Shown: positions 39,216 through 52,631 of the stretch, piece after piece
Position numbering within the stretch: position 1 is the first letter of the stretch
Layout: every line of letters begins with the position of its first letter
Assembly (NCBI GenBank): GCA_028023455.1
Contig: JAQFVV010000007.1
Coordinates: 8,432,001-8,496,000 of the forward strand
Direction: 5' to 3'
Origin: Epiperipatus broadwayi
Taxonomy: Eukaryota > Animalia > Onychophora
Length of the DNA: 64,000 bases
The notes under the pieces: generated by a model
The model's input: the letters and a program-made list of their open reading frames with translations, nothing else
Database searches by the model: none
Told to the model about the DNA's origin: nothing
Translations under genes and position numbers: made by a program

Positions 39216-40739
39216 CTTGCTAGGATAACAAATTTATTACAATAAATAAAACTTCATTAATATTTAACTACACCTGCCAGAAAGTAACGGTAAATACAAG
39301 TTTATCTTTTTTATGTATATATAATTATTCTTTGTAGCGCTAGAAAATATTGATAGGTATAGTTAAATATTGCTTTAATTTCTATTTACGATATATATAT
39401 GTATGTGTGTTATTTATAATGATTTACGTTTTGGATATATAATTTTAAAGTTTATATAATGGAAGAAAATTATTATCAATTATCTTTTTTTTTAGAGAAT
39501 TGTATATAAGTGTGATATTTAATATTATTAGGGGGGGGGGTATTAGATAAAAACTACTTGTAAATTTATTTATTACTTAGAATTAGAAAAATGACCATAG
39601 GAGGAAATTGGGTAAACCAGAAAGAGGACATATTAAAAATATAAATAACTGGCAGGAAAACTCAATTTGACAATATAAATATATAATTTAAATTAAAAAA
39701 CTGCTTGGATTTGATTTTGTCAATCTTTATTTTACATTGGCTTAATTTTATTTATATATAGGTTAATGCTATATTTCTTGATAAAAAAAAAATCCAGTTA
39801 TTGATTCCCCAAGTATCTCTAAACAAAAGAAAAACTGTATCAAGTGTAAATAAAGTCAGATAAGGTATCGCATGATGATTGAGTACTCAGATAAAACACA
39901 GCATTTCCATTAAAGATAATGAAGTGTATTTTTCTCTTTCCCCCATTGAGAATTGATCCAGAATACTCTAGCTCTTAAGTCTGTTATTCTACAACTGCTC
40001 AGGGACAAAAATTAACTGAAACTATCATAGCACACAAATTTTATTAAAAAACAATAAATTGTAAATTACTAACAAGTTCTTTAATTAAAGATTATGAGTC
40101 TCCAAAGATATTTATTTAATCTACTATAAGCTTTTATTTAACCTAATCCATTTTTTATTTGTCTGTCTAGTTGGAAGGGTGAGAATATTGAAGCCTGTCC
40201 ATTAAAGTTTAAGGAATTGCTATCTTAATGTATGCTGAGCAATAATTGTATATATGTGGCCTAACCCAGTACTTAAGTTTATAAATATTTTTGGACTATT
40301 TTTAAACATGAAAGAAAGCTGCATACTTTTATTTTGGTTACATAATATCAAGAACATTGTGAAAGTTGAAGAAAATTTACTTTTTATTTTTAGTTGTTTT
40401 TGTTTTTTTTTACTTTTTAGTATATTTATATATTGCATATATTTTATTTTTGGAACAAAATTGGCAGACCCCAGGATGTTACAACATGAGTGAGGCTAAA
40501 TAGTAAATGGGTGATAAATAGTCATAGCCAGTTTGAGATACTTATATCACTTATACATAATTTTAAAGACAGATATATATTAAATACTGCCTAATGCTAT
40601 ACTAGTAATTATAAAAAAATAAATATTCATATAATATTACAATACTAGCCACAAAAAAAAACAACTAAAATTCTTCCACAACTATGGTTTCATCTATTAA
40701 CAAATAAGACATTTTCAAATAAATTTTAATAAGATACAT

Positions 40740-40741
<2 letters not shown>

Positions 40742-40787
<46 letters not shown>

Positions 40788-40810
40788 CTATATATATATA
40801 TATATATATT
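40742..40810. repeat. (TA)n microsatellite
   Basis: Directly visible. Confidence 0.95.
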
Positions 40811-40889
40811 AATTCTAATATGTTCACGAATAAATGATGACTTCATATTATAATTATTTTCAAAATATTCTATGTAGTAAAATACTTAA

Positions 40890-42200
40890 AACCTGACATT
40901 TCTGTACAATAACAAGTACCTTCCTCAGAGCGTCCTCTTTCTCAAATCATAAGAATGCATGTGAGATTTAAAATTGTTAGTTTTACCTTTTTCTTTCTTC
41001 TCATATTTAAATTCTATTGGTTGAGAAGTTTTAAAAATTAGTTTGTCTTCCAATAGCTTCTTCTAAATGTTAATTTTCTTTAGTTCATACCTTTCATTCA
41101 AACTCTTGGGCCTTTTAAAAATCTCTACAGCTTCTTTTAGCAATCTCTGGTCATATTGTTCAATTCTTATTAGAATATTTGTTTTATCACAATTGATATC
41201 ATGATTAGTTAATTTTATATGAGAATAAATGGCTGATGAATTGGATTTTTCTCTGACTCCCAGAATATGTTCTTCCTTTTTAATATTTATTCTACGATTA
41301 GTCTGTCCAATATATGAATGTGAACAGACCTTACAGGGAATTTCATGTACACTATAACACTCCAAAAAATTTTATCTTTAGGAAGTGGAAATATTTCAGT
41401 ATTTTTTTTTTTAAGGTAGTGTATTTGTGTGAATATTATTTTTCCTTAGAAAGTTACCAATTTTATCAGTTACTTCTTTTATATATGACAAAATTGTAAT
41501 AATTTCTGATGTATCAAAATCTTTTTTCTTTTTACATAAAAAAGCCCTATTAATAATGCTATAACTAAATCCATTATCAAGAAGCAATTTATTAATAGCA
41601 GAAATGTCTTGGAAAAAATGGCTATCATCAGAAAGTCTCTTTGTTCTATCTAATAATGTCTTTGCCACTGAAAATAGTTGTGCAGGATGGTAGTGAGAAG
41701 AAAAATGTAGATATCCCCCAGTTTGTGTTGGTTTTTTATATTTACCATGGGATAAAGAACCATCATCCTTTCTTTCAATTAAAACATTTAAAAAAGCAAT
41801 TGCTTATTATTTTCTATTTCCATGGTAAATTTGATATTGTTGTGAAAAGAATTTAACAAATAAAAATAAAACAGTCATCAAGAGCATGCTTACCATGAGG
41901 CCAAATAACAAAGGTATCATCAACATACCTCAGCCACATAGATGGTTTTCTTAACTCCTGAAGTCAACATTTTATTTTCCAAATCTTCCATAAAAATAGA
42001 AGCTAATCCTGGACAAATTGGTGAACCCATAGTTAGATCTGATGTTTGTTTATATATCTGACCATCAAAAACAAAAAATGTATTCAATAAGAAGGGTTCA
42101 ATCAAAATCACAACAAAATTAGATAATTGAATATTTTTTAAAACTTGAATAACTTCATTTTACGGTACATTAGTAAAAAACGAAACAATATCAAAACATC
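40890..42200 (-). mobile_element. Penelope-like element, 5'-truncated and decayed (RT C-half + GIY-YIG endonuclease)
   Basis: FFVFDGQIYKQTSDLTMGSPICPGLASIFMEDLE and RYVDDT (PLE RT); VHEIPCKVCSHSYIGQTNR...EEH...RLLKEAVEI (GIY-YIG). Confidence 0.92.
40892..40932 (-). ncRNA. Minimal hammerhead motif at the 3' end of the Penelope element
   Basis: GCU-CUGAGGA-AG-GUAC-uuguuauu-GUAC-A-GAAAU-GUC-AGG. GAAAUGUC is probably CpG-decayed GAAACGUC, the palindromic dimer-type stem III known from PLE hammerheads. Confidence 0.65.
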
Positions 42201-43621
42201 ATTATTAGCCAATTTAATGACTGATAAGCTCAAGAAAATGATTCACATCTTTAACATACGATGACATTTCTGTTAAATGTGGCTGTAAAAAAGAAAATAC
42301 TTATAATATGAAGCCATATACATATAAAACAAAAGTCCTCAAATCATTCACTGTCTTTGATGTTGAAGGAGGTTGGTTTTTGAAGTAAATGATAGAAAGG
42401 CTATTTTGTTTTGTATATCTGGTTGAATTTCACTAGAAAAGATCTCTTTGTTAATAAATAAAACTATGATTGTGGAAGAATTTTAATAAAATTTTGCTGT
42501 TGTTTTGTTTTCTGATTAGAATAGTAATGTTATATAATTTTATATTATGTATATATATTTCACTTACATAACCAATGTCGGGGTTTTAATCTAGTATATT
42601 ACATAATAATAACCGCTAGGAAAAGTTTATATTATATATCTGAACACATACAACAAGCATATTCACAAATATTTATGAACATTAATCTCTTGTAATTTGA
42701 CTCAATAAAGATTTTGTTGGAAAATGGGAAAAATTATCAAAAATAAAAGCAAACTGAGTTTTAAAAACTCTTATTAGATTCTGTTATCAAATAATACAAT
42801 CAGTGGAAAACGAAAGTTAGTAGAATAAGCAAAGAATTTTCTTTAAGATTAACGTGGCTAGCTTTTTGTTGCCCAAACTCTAACAGCAGATGACAATCCT
42901 CTCTGGCAAATATCAATCAACTTAAAAATGGATTACCTTTTCATGAAACTCCTAATGGTCAACTTGGGAGAAAAACTTTAGAAATTATTTTATAAAGTTT
43001 TTAGTATCTGATATAGTCTCCGTCTAAAATTTCATAATTCACTTTTTTTTAAAAAAAAAAACAATAACAACAACAAATGTCTAATTATATTGTTGTTGTT
43101 TTAAAGTTAATTAATATCTTCTACAATTTAATTAACAGATAAGCCGATGACAATGATTAGAAAAAATGTTAAAGATTATTAACAAAATTTAGTAAATTGC
43201 TGCCCCTGCATAGTTTAGAGATCGCATGTCAAACTTATATTAGTAAGGTCTTTGTATTCGATTCCAGTTTCAACACTTCTGATGCTTAAACTTTCTATAA
43301 ACTTCCAAGGACTAAAGCCATTTAAGATCAGATTCTAGAGAAAAAGGTCCTTGGAATGATTACATTTCTGGTACTTCCAGTATTCAAACTAAAGCCGTTC
43401 AATTGTATTTAATTTTAAGTCTGTTTATAAACTTTTCATTTAATTAATGATTAATATACTCATGTATTCAATACATTGAATTTACAAATTCTATACACAC
43501 TTAAAATATGCGAATGAAGACATATATAAAAAGCAAATGATACCCAAATTGCTCTTATGGTAAGTCCATCCGTTATCAAAGAACTCATGATCACCATTTC
43601 TTATGCTTACACAAGCTGTTT

Positions 43622-44187
43622 ACACAAACGTTAAACTCTCCATACAATAGCACCACCAGTGCAATCCAGGGTAATCATTGGATTCCAGAAGGCTTGTGCT
43701 TAAAATCCCTGTCTAGTGTTGCTTCTGTATACACAGCTTGTATAAGCATAAGAACTGGTGATCATGTGATGTTAAGTGGTTTAAAAACCAATCCTGCCCA
43801 ATAGGATTATGGTGACTGTGGTTATTAATAATCCAAAGACACCAAAAAGTATGAATGCTAAACTGAGTTCAGGTCTATACAACTATAAAAGCTAATAAGC
43901 TTGAATTGAAAACATTATTGTGTTTTCATTTTGAACTCAAAGCAATAAAGTTAGCTAATAAGGTAAAAGGTGACTGCTGAAGGGTTGCATTAGATCCTAC
44001 GATCTAGGTGCAATGCTCTCAGATCCAAGGCTTCTCATTGATGAATGCCACAATCTAGAAACTAGTTTGTGGATATTAGATGAGTAGGCACTAGATGGGG
44101 ATTTTATTCACAAGCCTTCTGGCATCCATTGATTATTCTGCCTTGCACTGGTGGTGCTACTGTATGGAGAGTTTAACCTCTGTGTAG
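43622..44187. mobile_element. Fold-back family copy (left arm truncated) with degenerate hammerhead at ~44032-44073
   Basis: Termini tacac...gttaaactctccatac / gtatggagagtttaacctctgtgta; spacer homologous to 14690-14800. Confidence 0.8.
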
Positions 44188-45209
44188 TTAGCATACATCT
44201 TTGTCCATCATGTCTTGCTTAATATAATTAAGACATTACTCATAGAAAATTCAATTTGCATTGTGATATTACTTGAATGCACTTACTTTGTTAACATCAT
44301 CTAGAATAGGTACTAAAGATTATTTACTAATCATTTGTTTTGGATGAATATTAAATTATGATGAGGAAGACATAGTGTGGGCAAGAAAGTGGGCCAGGTT
44401 CTGCCAAAAAACTAGGTTGAAGATGATTTGCTTTTATTCATATATTTTTACTAATATGTTTTAAAAGCATAACAGAATCTATAAGTTTTATGGTAGACTG
44501 GATGTACGGCTCAGGAGTAGAAAGAGAAATGTTAAATGAATAATATCCATGCTGGCATTTAATAATTGAATACATTTATCTTTAATTGAGTTTGAAGTTT
44601 ATAACTGAAAATTAAATAGTTATTTTATAGCTGAAGAAAAATGATTAGTAAATAGTTATAAGATAATATATTAGTCAAATGAACCCATTTAAATAATGTC
44701 ATACATGTGAAACTGAATTGTAATAGTTCAATATACATAAATCCTAATAGTTCAATATAGATAAATCCTAAATATGATGATGATGATGTGCATGGGAAAG
44801 GACTTGGGCCAACTGATGAAAACATATTTTGCCAAAAATGCATCTTTGGCATCACTTGCTTTTTACATATGTCTTTATCCATGCGTTTTTAATCTTTTTT
44901 CACAATTCACATATGATTTATGAGTGAATTTTGTAAAGCATTTTGTTGTAAAGTGGACTATATAAAAGTTGTTTATCTTCTGCCTACCAATCCTGAATGG
45001 CCATTTGAATTCTAAAAAAAAAAAAAATAGCTGAAACACTTGTAATTTATTACACACCAATCTTTTTTTTCTGATTATTTGATATCGTTATAGTGCTATC
45101 TTTCAACCTTATCTCAATGATTTCACTTTTTGAAATATTTCATCACCTTTATTAATGGTAGTTTTTAGCTGCATTTTATCTCCAGTCATATCCTCTTCAT
45201 TAAGTTTCC

Positions 45210-45385
45210 ATGTAATAGCACTACTCAGTGTAAGCCAGGGTAATCAATGGATGCAGTAAGGTTTGTGCATAAAATTACCATCAAGTGCCTACTCATCCAA
45301 TATCCCCAGACTAGTTTCCATTGATTACTTTGGTTTGCATTGAGTGACACTACTGTATAAAGAGTTTTCCCTCTGTGTAAACTGT
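45210..45385. mobile_element. Internally collapsed fold-back family copy
   Basis: Both termini are present; the left arm stops at ccccagactagtttc and joins directly to the distal right arm. Confidence 0.75.
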
Positions 45386-46854
45386 TTGTGTAGCATTAAA
45401 AATGGTAGTCATTTAAAACAATAATCATACTCTCTGTCCATCTCATAAAATCCAAGCTTACATTTGCTGTGTAGTACTTTTTCAGGAAGTCTGTTACTCA
45501 TCTTACATGACAATCCAATGAAGATGATTTATGCTATCATGGACTCTAATACTAACTTTATTCCAATGAGCTTAAGACATTTCAGAATATTATAAACTAT
45601 CTTCAAATATCAATTTTCTAGTATTTTAATGTTACATTGATAAGATCTACATTTTATGTCAACATAAAAATTGTAGCAGAATGATAGCTCTTTATGCATA
45701 CAACTAACATAATTGAAATGGCATATCTTGAATTATTCTCTATTTTCATTCACTAAATGACATAATAAAACATAGGAGTCTTTGCTACATCTAAGCATAC
45801 ATGAGCACCATCATATTCAAAAATGATAAATACATTCAAACTGATCAACAGTAATTATCAGAAACAAAAGTTGATGAAGATTTTCTGGTCAGTAAAAAGC
45901 TTCAAGTTTTTTGCAACATTATTGTTAAAATCAAATCTTATAGTTTGCTTTCAAAACATTACAAATGTCTCTATAGAGTCATCCTTTGAAATAGCAAAAT
46001 TATCAGCATCTCATGCCCTCAGGTGAATGCTGTGCCATTTACTATGATGAAACCAAAGCCACTATTAACAATAGAGCCATCCAACATAAATACACATATA
46101 AAAGAGCACAGAAGAACAATGATAATTCTTCAATTTTCTTAAGAACAATGATAATTCTTCAATTTTCTTAAAGCATTCAAAAAAGGCCGGTCATGTTTGA
46201 ACCCTCCAAACCTAGAATGTATCGAGAAAAATGACAAAATGAAAAATCAAGGAAGCATATTTTATCATTACCAACAATAACTCCATTAACAAACATGACA
46301 CTTGCTTTCATATTTCTAAGCATTGGACAAATTAAACAAATTACATATAATTTGCATATTACCATCTACCACTACTCTACATTATTTATTGTTGTAGCTA
46401 TGAATATGAGGCAATACACCTTGAAAGCACTCAGCTTTTTCCTTATTTATTGATTGATTTATAAAAGTACTTTATATAGCTTATCCTGCCAGTGCCTCAA
46501 CACGCTTGTAATTTTGTCATAATCAGTATTCTGTAATTCTAGAAGCCAAAATTATAAACTTATTGTTTTCTGCATTAAATTGGACAAATTTATAACTTCA
46601 CCATCAAACTTAAATTACATTTTGATACTGATTCTTGAAATATTCTCCAAATATAAAATAAAAACAAAATTGAATCTAATACATATTGATCTTTTCACAA
46701 GGTGTAAAAGTGGAATAAACTCAGTATCAATCTTCTGAGAGAGTGGAGTAATGAAAAACATGAAACATTCAACTTGTGCATAAATATCTAGATGTTTGAT
46801 GCCATTATTTGACAAGATGACAAGAGAAGGTAGTTTATAAAATACATACCTAGT

Positions 46855-47100
46855 GAAAGAGGGTGGTCTGATAAAAATAAAAAACTGTCAAAATAGTTTA
46901 AACATTTCAAATTTTCCATCATTGGTACTAATACTTCTTCTCACAGCATCTTGCAAAGAATTATATAATATTACACATGAACTTAAGTGATGAGCAATCT
47001 CATTTAAAATTTTCTTGCAAATCGTTTCATTACACCTTGACCAAATCAACGATTAATATATAAACACACATTGCTTAACAGCACTTTTTTTGTATTCTCA
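46855..47100 (-). mobile_element. Tc1/mariner 3' end relic
   Basis: TIR-like gagggtggtctgataa; minus-strand end NDGKFEMFKLF* resembles Tc1 C-termini. Confidence 0.35.
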
Positions 47101-47389
47101 TGCTACCAAAAACCATCTGCATTTCCCATCTTAAAACTATACTGACTCATTTCTGATTAATTTATATCTGTGAATAACCTACTCAACAAAACCGTTCTGT
47201 AGTGACTACCAATAAATATCTATAATACTTACGGCAGTCCTTTCTAAACAATAAAATGCACAATTATCACAATTTCAAATAGCTATATAATCTTTAAAAA
47301 TTTATATTAGTTTTAAACCTAATATATCATGACCATAGTTTAAAACTGTTCTGTATATCTAGATATTAACTTCATTTATCTCTGATAAT

Positions 47390-48120
47390 TACTTGACTAC
47401 TTTGAGATGAAGTTCTCTCTTAAGATTATTCCAGCATTTTTAATATAGTTTCTCTTCTCCACATCACCCTAAAGAACCTTCTTAACTCATGCACCAATTC
47501 CCTATATGATCTTTTTTTAGATTTCAGAAAATCTTTTGAAATCAAGTCTAAACCTTTGATATTATCCCTCTAAAAATCAGTCCCATTCCACTTATAGTCT
47601 CAATTTTTTTATTGATTCTAGTGACATTTGCTTGATTTTTAAACTATGTATATCTCACTTAACCAATTCAATTTCACTGCATACTCTGTATTCTCTGAAG
47701 AGCTTTTTCAGAAAGTCCAAATATGAGGTTCAAAAGTATGCATTGATATAACTTATTTACTAAAAACCTTTCTTGTCAGACACATATTTTCTTTTAATAT
47801 TATGTTATTTCTACCAAAACTACTATACCATGATCCTAAATGATTTGAAGCTGAAGAAACATGAACAGTAGCCCAGCTTTGTCACTTTGATATTTGACTT
47901 TTTTATGAACTCCAAAACTAATACATCATTTTAATGCTTTTCTTATATGATGCAAGCCAATAGATGGAAGTGCTTATAGAAGTCAATAAAATCTACAGTT
48001 AGTGGTATCAACATAACTATACAAACAAATTGGTTTGTATTCAAAATCTTAGAATATTTTAGAATTTCAAATGATTTTGTTTTTAAATATAGAATTGTAT
48101 TAGATCTAAACTTTTCACTG
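47390..48120 (-). mobile_element. Heavily decayed RTE fragment
   Basis: VDFIDFYKHF (FIDFxKAF), KRKVFSK-like stretch and gtgatgtggagaagagaa 3' end. Confidence 0.55.
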
Positions 48121-48460
48121 ATAAAGACCATAAGGCAGAAACTACTCTGAATATATGGATAAACTAGTACTCATTGATAATGTGCAATGATTGCTCAAAT
48201 GAACAATAGGGGTCTCTGGAATAAAGTTAAAGAGAGGGAATGAAACTATTAGAAGCAAAAACATTTCAATTAATTCTATAATTAATTTCATAGAGTACAG
48301 ATAGTTTTAACTTGAGAATTGATTTCATACATTGGATTTCTATCAATATTAATAATTTCACCCAAACCCAATGCACATTATAGTAGTCTTACTAGTAATT
48401 ATTGATTTATAAGTATATACTCTTATTCTTCTCCTTTACATTCTTTGCATTTCTTCATAT

Positions 48461-48733
48461 ATATATATATTGCTTATAATACTCCTCTCATACACACATT
48501 AATGCAAAAAAAAAAATTAATAAAACTTCTTTTATTTTCCTGACAGTTTTGATTGTCCAGGAGTCTTCATCAGAGCTCAATTTCCTTTACCTCATCAGAG
48601 CTCAAGATAAAAAAAAAATTGAGCTCTGATGATGACTGCTGGACCAATAAAAATGTCAGGAAAATAAAGGTTTTATTAAAAAAAATTCTGCATTAAAGTA
48701 TGTATGAGAGGAGTTATTATAAGCAATATATAT
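48461..48733. mobile_element. Inverted pair of Penelope-like termini with hammerhead relics
   Basis: Arms of ~130 bp. Each carries gagctctgatga...aaaa(c/a)tgtcaggaaaataaa, oriented away from the centre. Confidence 0.75.
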
Positions 48734-48844
48734 AAATTATTTTTTTCAAAGTAACTATTTGATAAGATGAGGATAAAGATAATTTTATTCTAAAAAATGT
48801 ATTAAAGTATTGATGAAGTTCAAGCTTGCATATACCATCATATT

Positions 48845-49235
48845 AACATTTTATATCACACCATTTACACCTTTCTTAAACACTTTATCGATACTTTTAT
48901 TTATATCAAACTCACAGTTTTGACTGTCCTGCAGTCACCATCAGAGCTTCAATATTCAAATATATAATTATACAATTAATACATTTCCCCACATATTGAT
49001 ATACCTAATTAAATACACAATACAAACAAAAATAAATATACATTTTAATATTTTTATATTGTGTATTTAATTATGTATATGAATATGTGTATAAGTGTAT
49101 TAATTGTATAATTATATATTTGAATATTGAAGCTCTGATGATGACTGCAGGACAGTTGAAACTGTTAGTTTAATACAAATAAAAGTATTGATAAAGTGTT
49201 TAAGAAAGGTGTAAATGGTATGATATGTTAAAATA
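48845..49235. mobile_element. Inverted pair of Penelope-like termini; hammerhead-like core at 49128-49175 (+)
   Basis: Arms of ~170 bp. CUGAUGA-U-GACUG-cagga-CAGUU-GAAAC-uguua-GUU; the mirror copy is at ~48905-48955. Confidence 0.75.
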
Positions 49236-49638
49236 AAAAACAATACATAGGAAAAGAAATAGAAAATTATATTAAAATTTTATCTTGAATTAATTAGCAA
49301 TATATAAATGCATGGTGAAAATAATTAACACATGTTTAAGTAAAGGCATTTTAAATATGTAATCATGAAAAAAAAAAAAGAAATTCAAATCTTAATATAT
49401 TTTGGTTTTACAAACTTTAAAAAAAAATTGTTTGATGAAATGAGTTATTGTAAAAATAATGAAAAATCAAACAGAAATCATATGCCTGTAATTAGCTGGC
49501 AACTAAAGGAATGCTTTTTCTTTTCTTTTTTTATTGACAACAAAATTCTAAAAGAAAAGAAATAATAGAACAATTTCTGCAAAAAACTTTAGAACAGTAA
49601 TATTTTAAACAACTTTCTGAAACATGACAGTAAAATAC

Positions 49639-49678
49639 CGTTTTGTGGAATTAAAAACAATCAACAGACAATGCTGAA
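49639..49678 (-). CDS. Candidate small internal exon of the minus-strand host gene
   Basis: Strong pyrimidine tract ctttctttgtctctcctttgcag; only one open frame (QHCLLIVFNSTK); gtattt donor; phase-compatible with 58421-58466. Confidence 0.4.
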
Positions 49679-50559
49679 CTGCAAAGGAGAGACAAAGAAA
49701 GAGCAGACTTCATTTTCATGATAAAAGTTACCTACCAATATTAATTTTTATTTCTAAAGAATCTGTAGAGAACAACATTTACAAAATGGATTACAAACAT
49801 CATAATTATCAATTTAAGAATGAATTATATCATTATATATTTCTTTAAGTCCAAAATAAAGTGATCTTCATCCATAAGTAGAAAAGGTTATCAAAAGATT
49901 TACTAATTAATCTTTGTGAAGTTAATTACTATAATCATATTTTACCTCTGGTGAAGATTTGACATTTCTAACTTTTTTAATACCAAACTTCTTTCACTAT
50001 CTATTGATCTCCCTTAGTGATTATTTGAGTTATATTACAACAATTTATTTTAAAGATTTTTTTTATTATATTTTCATTTTTTTTTTACTTTATTTACATA
50101 TTTACAAATGAAAAACATTCTTAAAAATAATATTTAAACATTGCAAATAGTAATAAACTGAAACCCATACTCTAGCAATGCCTCTTAGTTATTCACTACT
50201 ATTGATAAAAATAGTGAATTCCATTTCTAAAAACTGAACAAATTAATCACAAAGCAATAAAATTATTTTTTCAAATTTAAAATTTCATACATAATTACTA
50301 AAATATCCAAGTATATAAGTGCTACAATTTTAATAAATGCATTCCATTTTCAATAAGTCATAACTCATGGTTTAACATTATTAAAAAAAATTTGGCCTGC
50401 CTTGTTTCAAATAATACATTTTTGAATAAAATCTGAGTCTAATTATAAATATATTTGTCTTAAAATAAATATTTCTAAAATACTTTGCAAAAATAATTAT
50501 AAATATATAAATAAACTCCCAATTAGATATTAAACCCTGGATTTCATTTATATGCCTAG

Positions 50560-51010
50560 TGTGTCCAGAAAGATAAACAAGGTTTGCTCAGAAACTTAGA
50601 AAATTAGCCTCCATACCCCACCTACTCTAAACTGCTTAATTAGTCACTCCAAGGAGAAACTGATCCCAAAACAGACCCCCTCCAAATCATGTACAAGATC
50701 TTCGGTAAATCATGCTAACTGCAACACAGTTTATTTCAGGGAATCTGATACTAGCTTGGCAACAAGAGTTGCCCAGCACAGGTATGTGTAAAACAGGGCC
50801 AAGAACAAACAACTCTGCCCATAAATCCATATTTTTATATCATGAAAATAAACTTGGCCATCCCTTCAAAATACAATGACAAGTGTGGTGTGTTTAGAAT
50901 GTCATGATGCAAAATGCAAGGTAAAAGTAGCTTGGTAAATCATCAACAATGTGAATGCTACAAACAAAAAAGAATTGTGCTCCCCCTGTTTTAAAAAGAG
51001 GATTATGTAA
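50560..51010 (+). mobile_element. Decayed Penelope-like GIY-YIG fragment
   Basis: CNTVYFRESDTSLATRVAQH (C..VYIGET.R.L..R..EH) and KCKVKVAW (RK.KEAW) remnants. Confidence 0.65.
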
Positions 51011-52631
51011 ACCTACTCATTTACATATTAGTTACATATACTTTAAATTACCAATCATCTTCACTATGCAGCTGAACTGCTATGTTTATGATACATTATA
51101 GAGATACCAAAAACATGCTCAATATAAGAATTCCATTTTTACGCTTTTCTTATTTCTCGAAGTGTTTAACTTGAATTATGTTTTGAATATTAATTCTGTT
51201 ACATTATCTTTAGTCCTATTTTTCTGATTATCTAGATATTTCTTATATTGCTTTATGTATAAATTAAAAGAATTTTATTAGTTGAAAAATTCAGATGACA
51301 TTAAAATAATCTACACTTATTTGGAATCCCTTCCATTTTAATGCTTTCTATTGCTTAAGGAAAAGTAAATTATTCCTTCACACATCCTTATCAATGTATC
51401 ACCATAAGGTTGCACTACCATACAGGGCCGGCGGAAGCGGGCATGCAACGCATGCTAGGCATGCGGGCGCTGGCAGAAGGAGGCGCCATCACTGAGAGAT
51501 TAGCATCTGAAAAAGAAGGCGCCATCCCTGAGAAATTAAAACTCTACTAACAAAAATACTCACATTTGAAGAATATTATTCTCAAATGTTTATTTACAAA
51601 AATTATTGAGAGTAGATTATTGAAAATCATATAAAGTCATATTATATCTTATTAAATGACACACACAAGCAGGCCTGCACACAAGCTCTGCTTAATATTA
51701 AAAATATAAAACAATCAAATCTATTATTTATCATGAACAATAAACTAAACATAAAGTTTATTATATTACAAATTTCATATTGTAATGTTTATATATATAT
51801 ATAGTACTGCTTATAGTAAACTATAAGTAACTTTCTGCTAGCAAATATATAAATAAACACACACTAAAAGTATTATAAATTAGAACTTATGTATGTATAT
51901 GCGTATATATATATATTAGATCATGTACATAATTTTGAAATCGTAAGAAACGATTATAATATTGCAAAATAAAACATTTTCTAATTTTTTATTTAAATAA
52001 TAATTTGATATAAATATTCGAACGTGTATGTAATATATATTATAGGTATAATTCCAGTAAACTTAATATAATTTTCAGTTTACTTTTTATTTTATATATT
52101 TTAATCGTTGTCAAAAGTCTATTTTTTCTGCATACTAATTAGGTTTGCAAATTAATTACATACGTTTGCTTATGATGTTTATCGCAAATTTTAAAATCTT
52201 AGTAAGAACTTGTAAACAATAATTATAATCCCAGGAAATTTTCTATTGAAATCGCAAATCAGGCCTGGCAGGCCACCTGTGTTAATTAGAAAAATATATG
52301 ATAACAAAAGAAAATCTTGCCAATGGTAAAACTAAAATGTTCAATCAAGCGTAAAAAGCTGGACACTTGAGTTATTTTAAAACCTGACCATTTTTAATGT
52401 CAATGGCTGAATATTTCCAATTTATTAGCTGCCTTTTTTAGGTAAACAAGTTAAACAACTTCTTCCCCTCCGCGTATAGAGTTTTGTATTTTGGCGCAAG
52501 AAGTAATTTGTGTTGGACATCTAAATTAGCGATATATAATCTTAAGTATTAAGATACATGATGTAAATATATAAATTAGAGTCCGTATTTATTTATTTAT
52601 TACATTTGAAAATTATTTTAAAGTGGCGTTC

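Noticed and set aside
46175-46290. FKKGRSCL motif suggestive of a CR1 RT
   Set aside because: A single short motif without the following LDF..AFD block.
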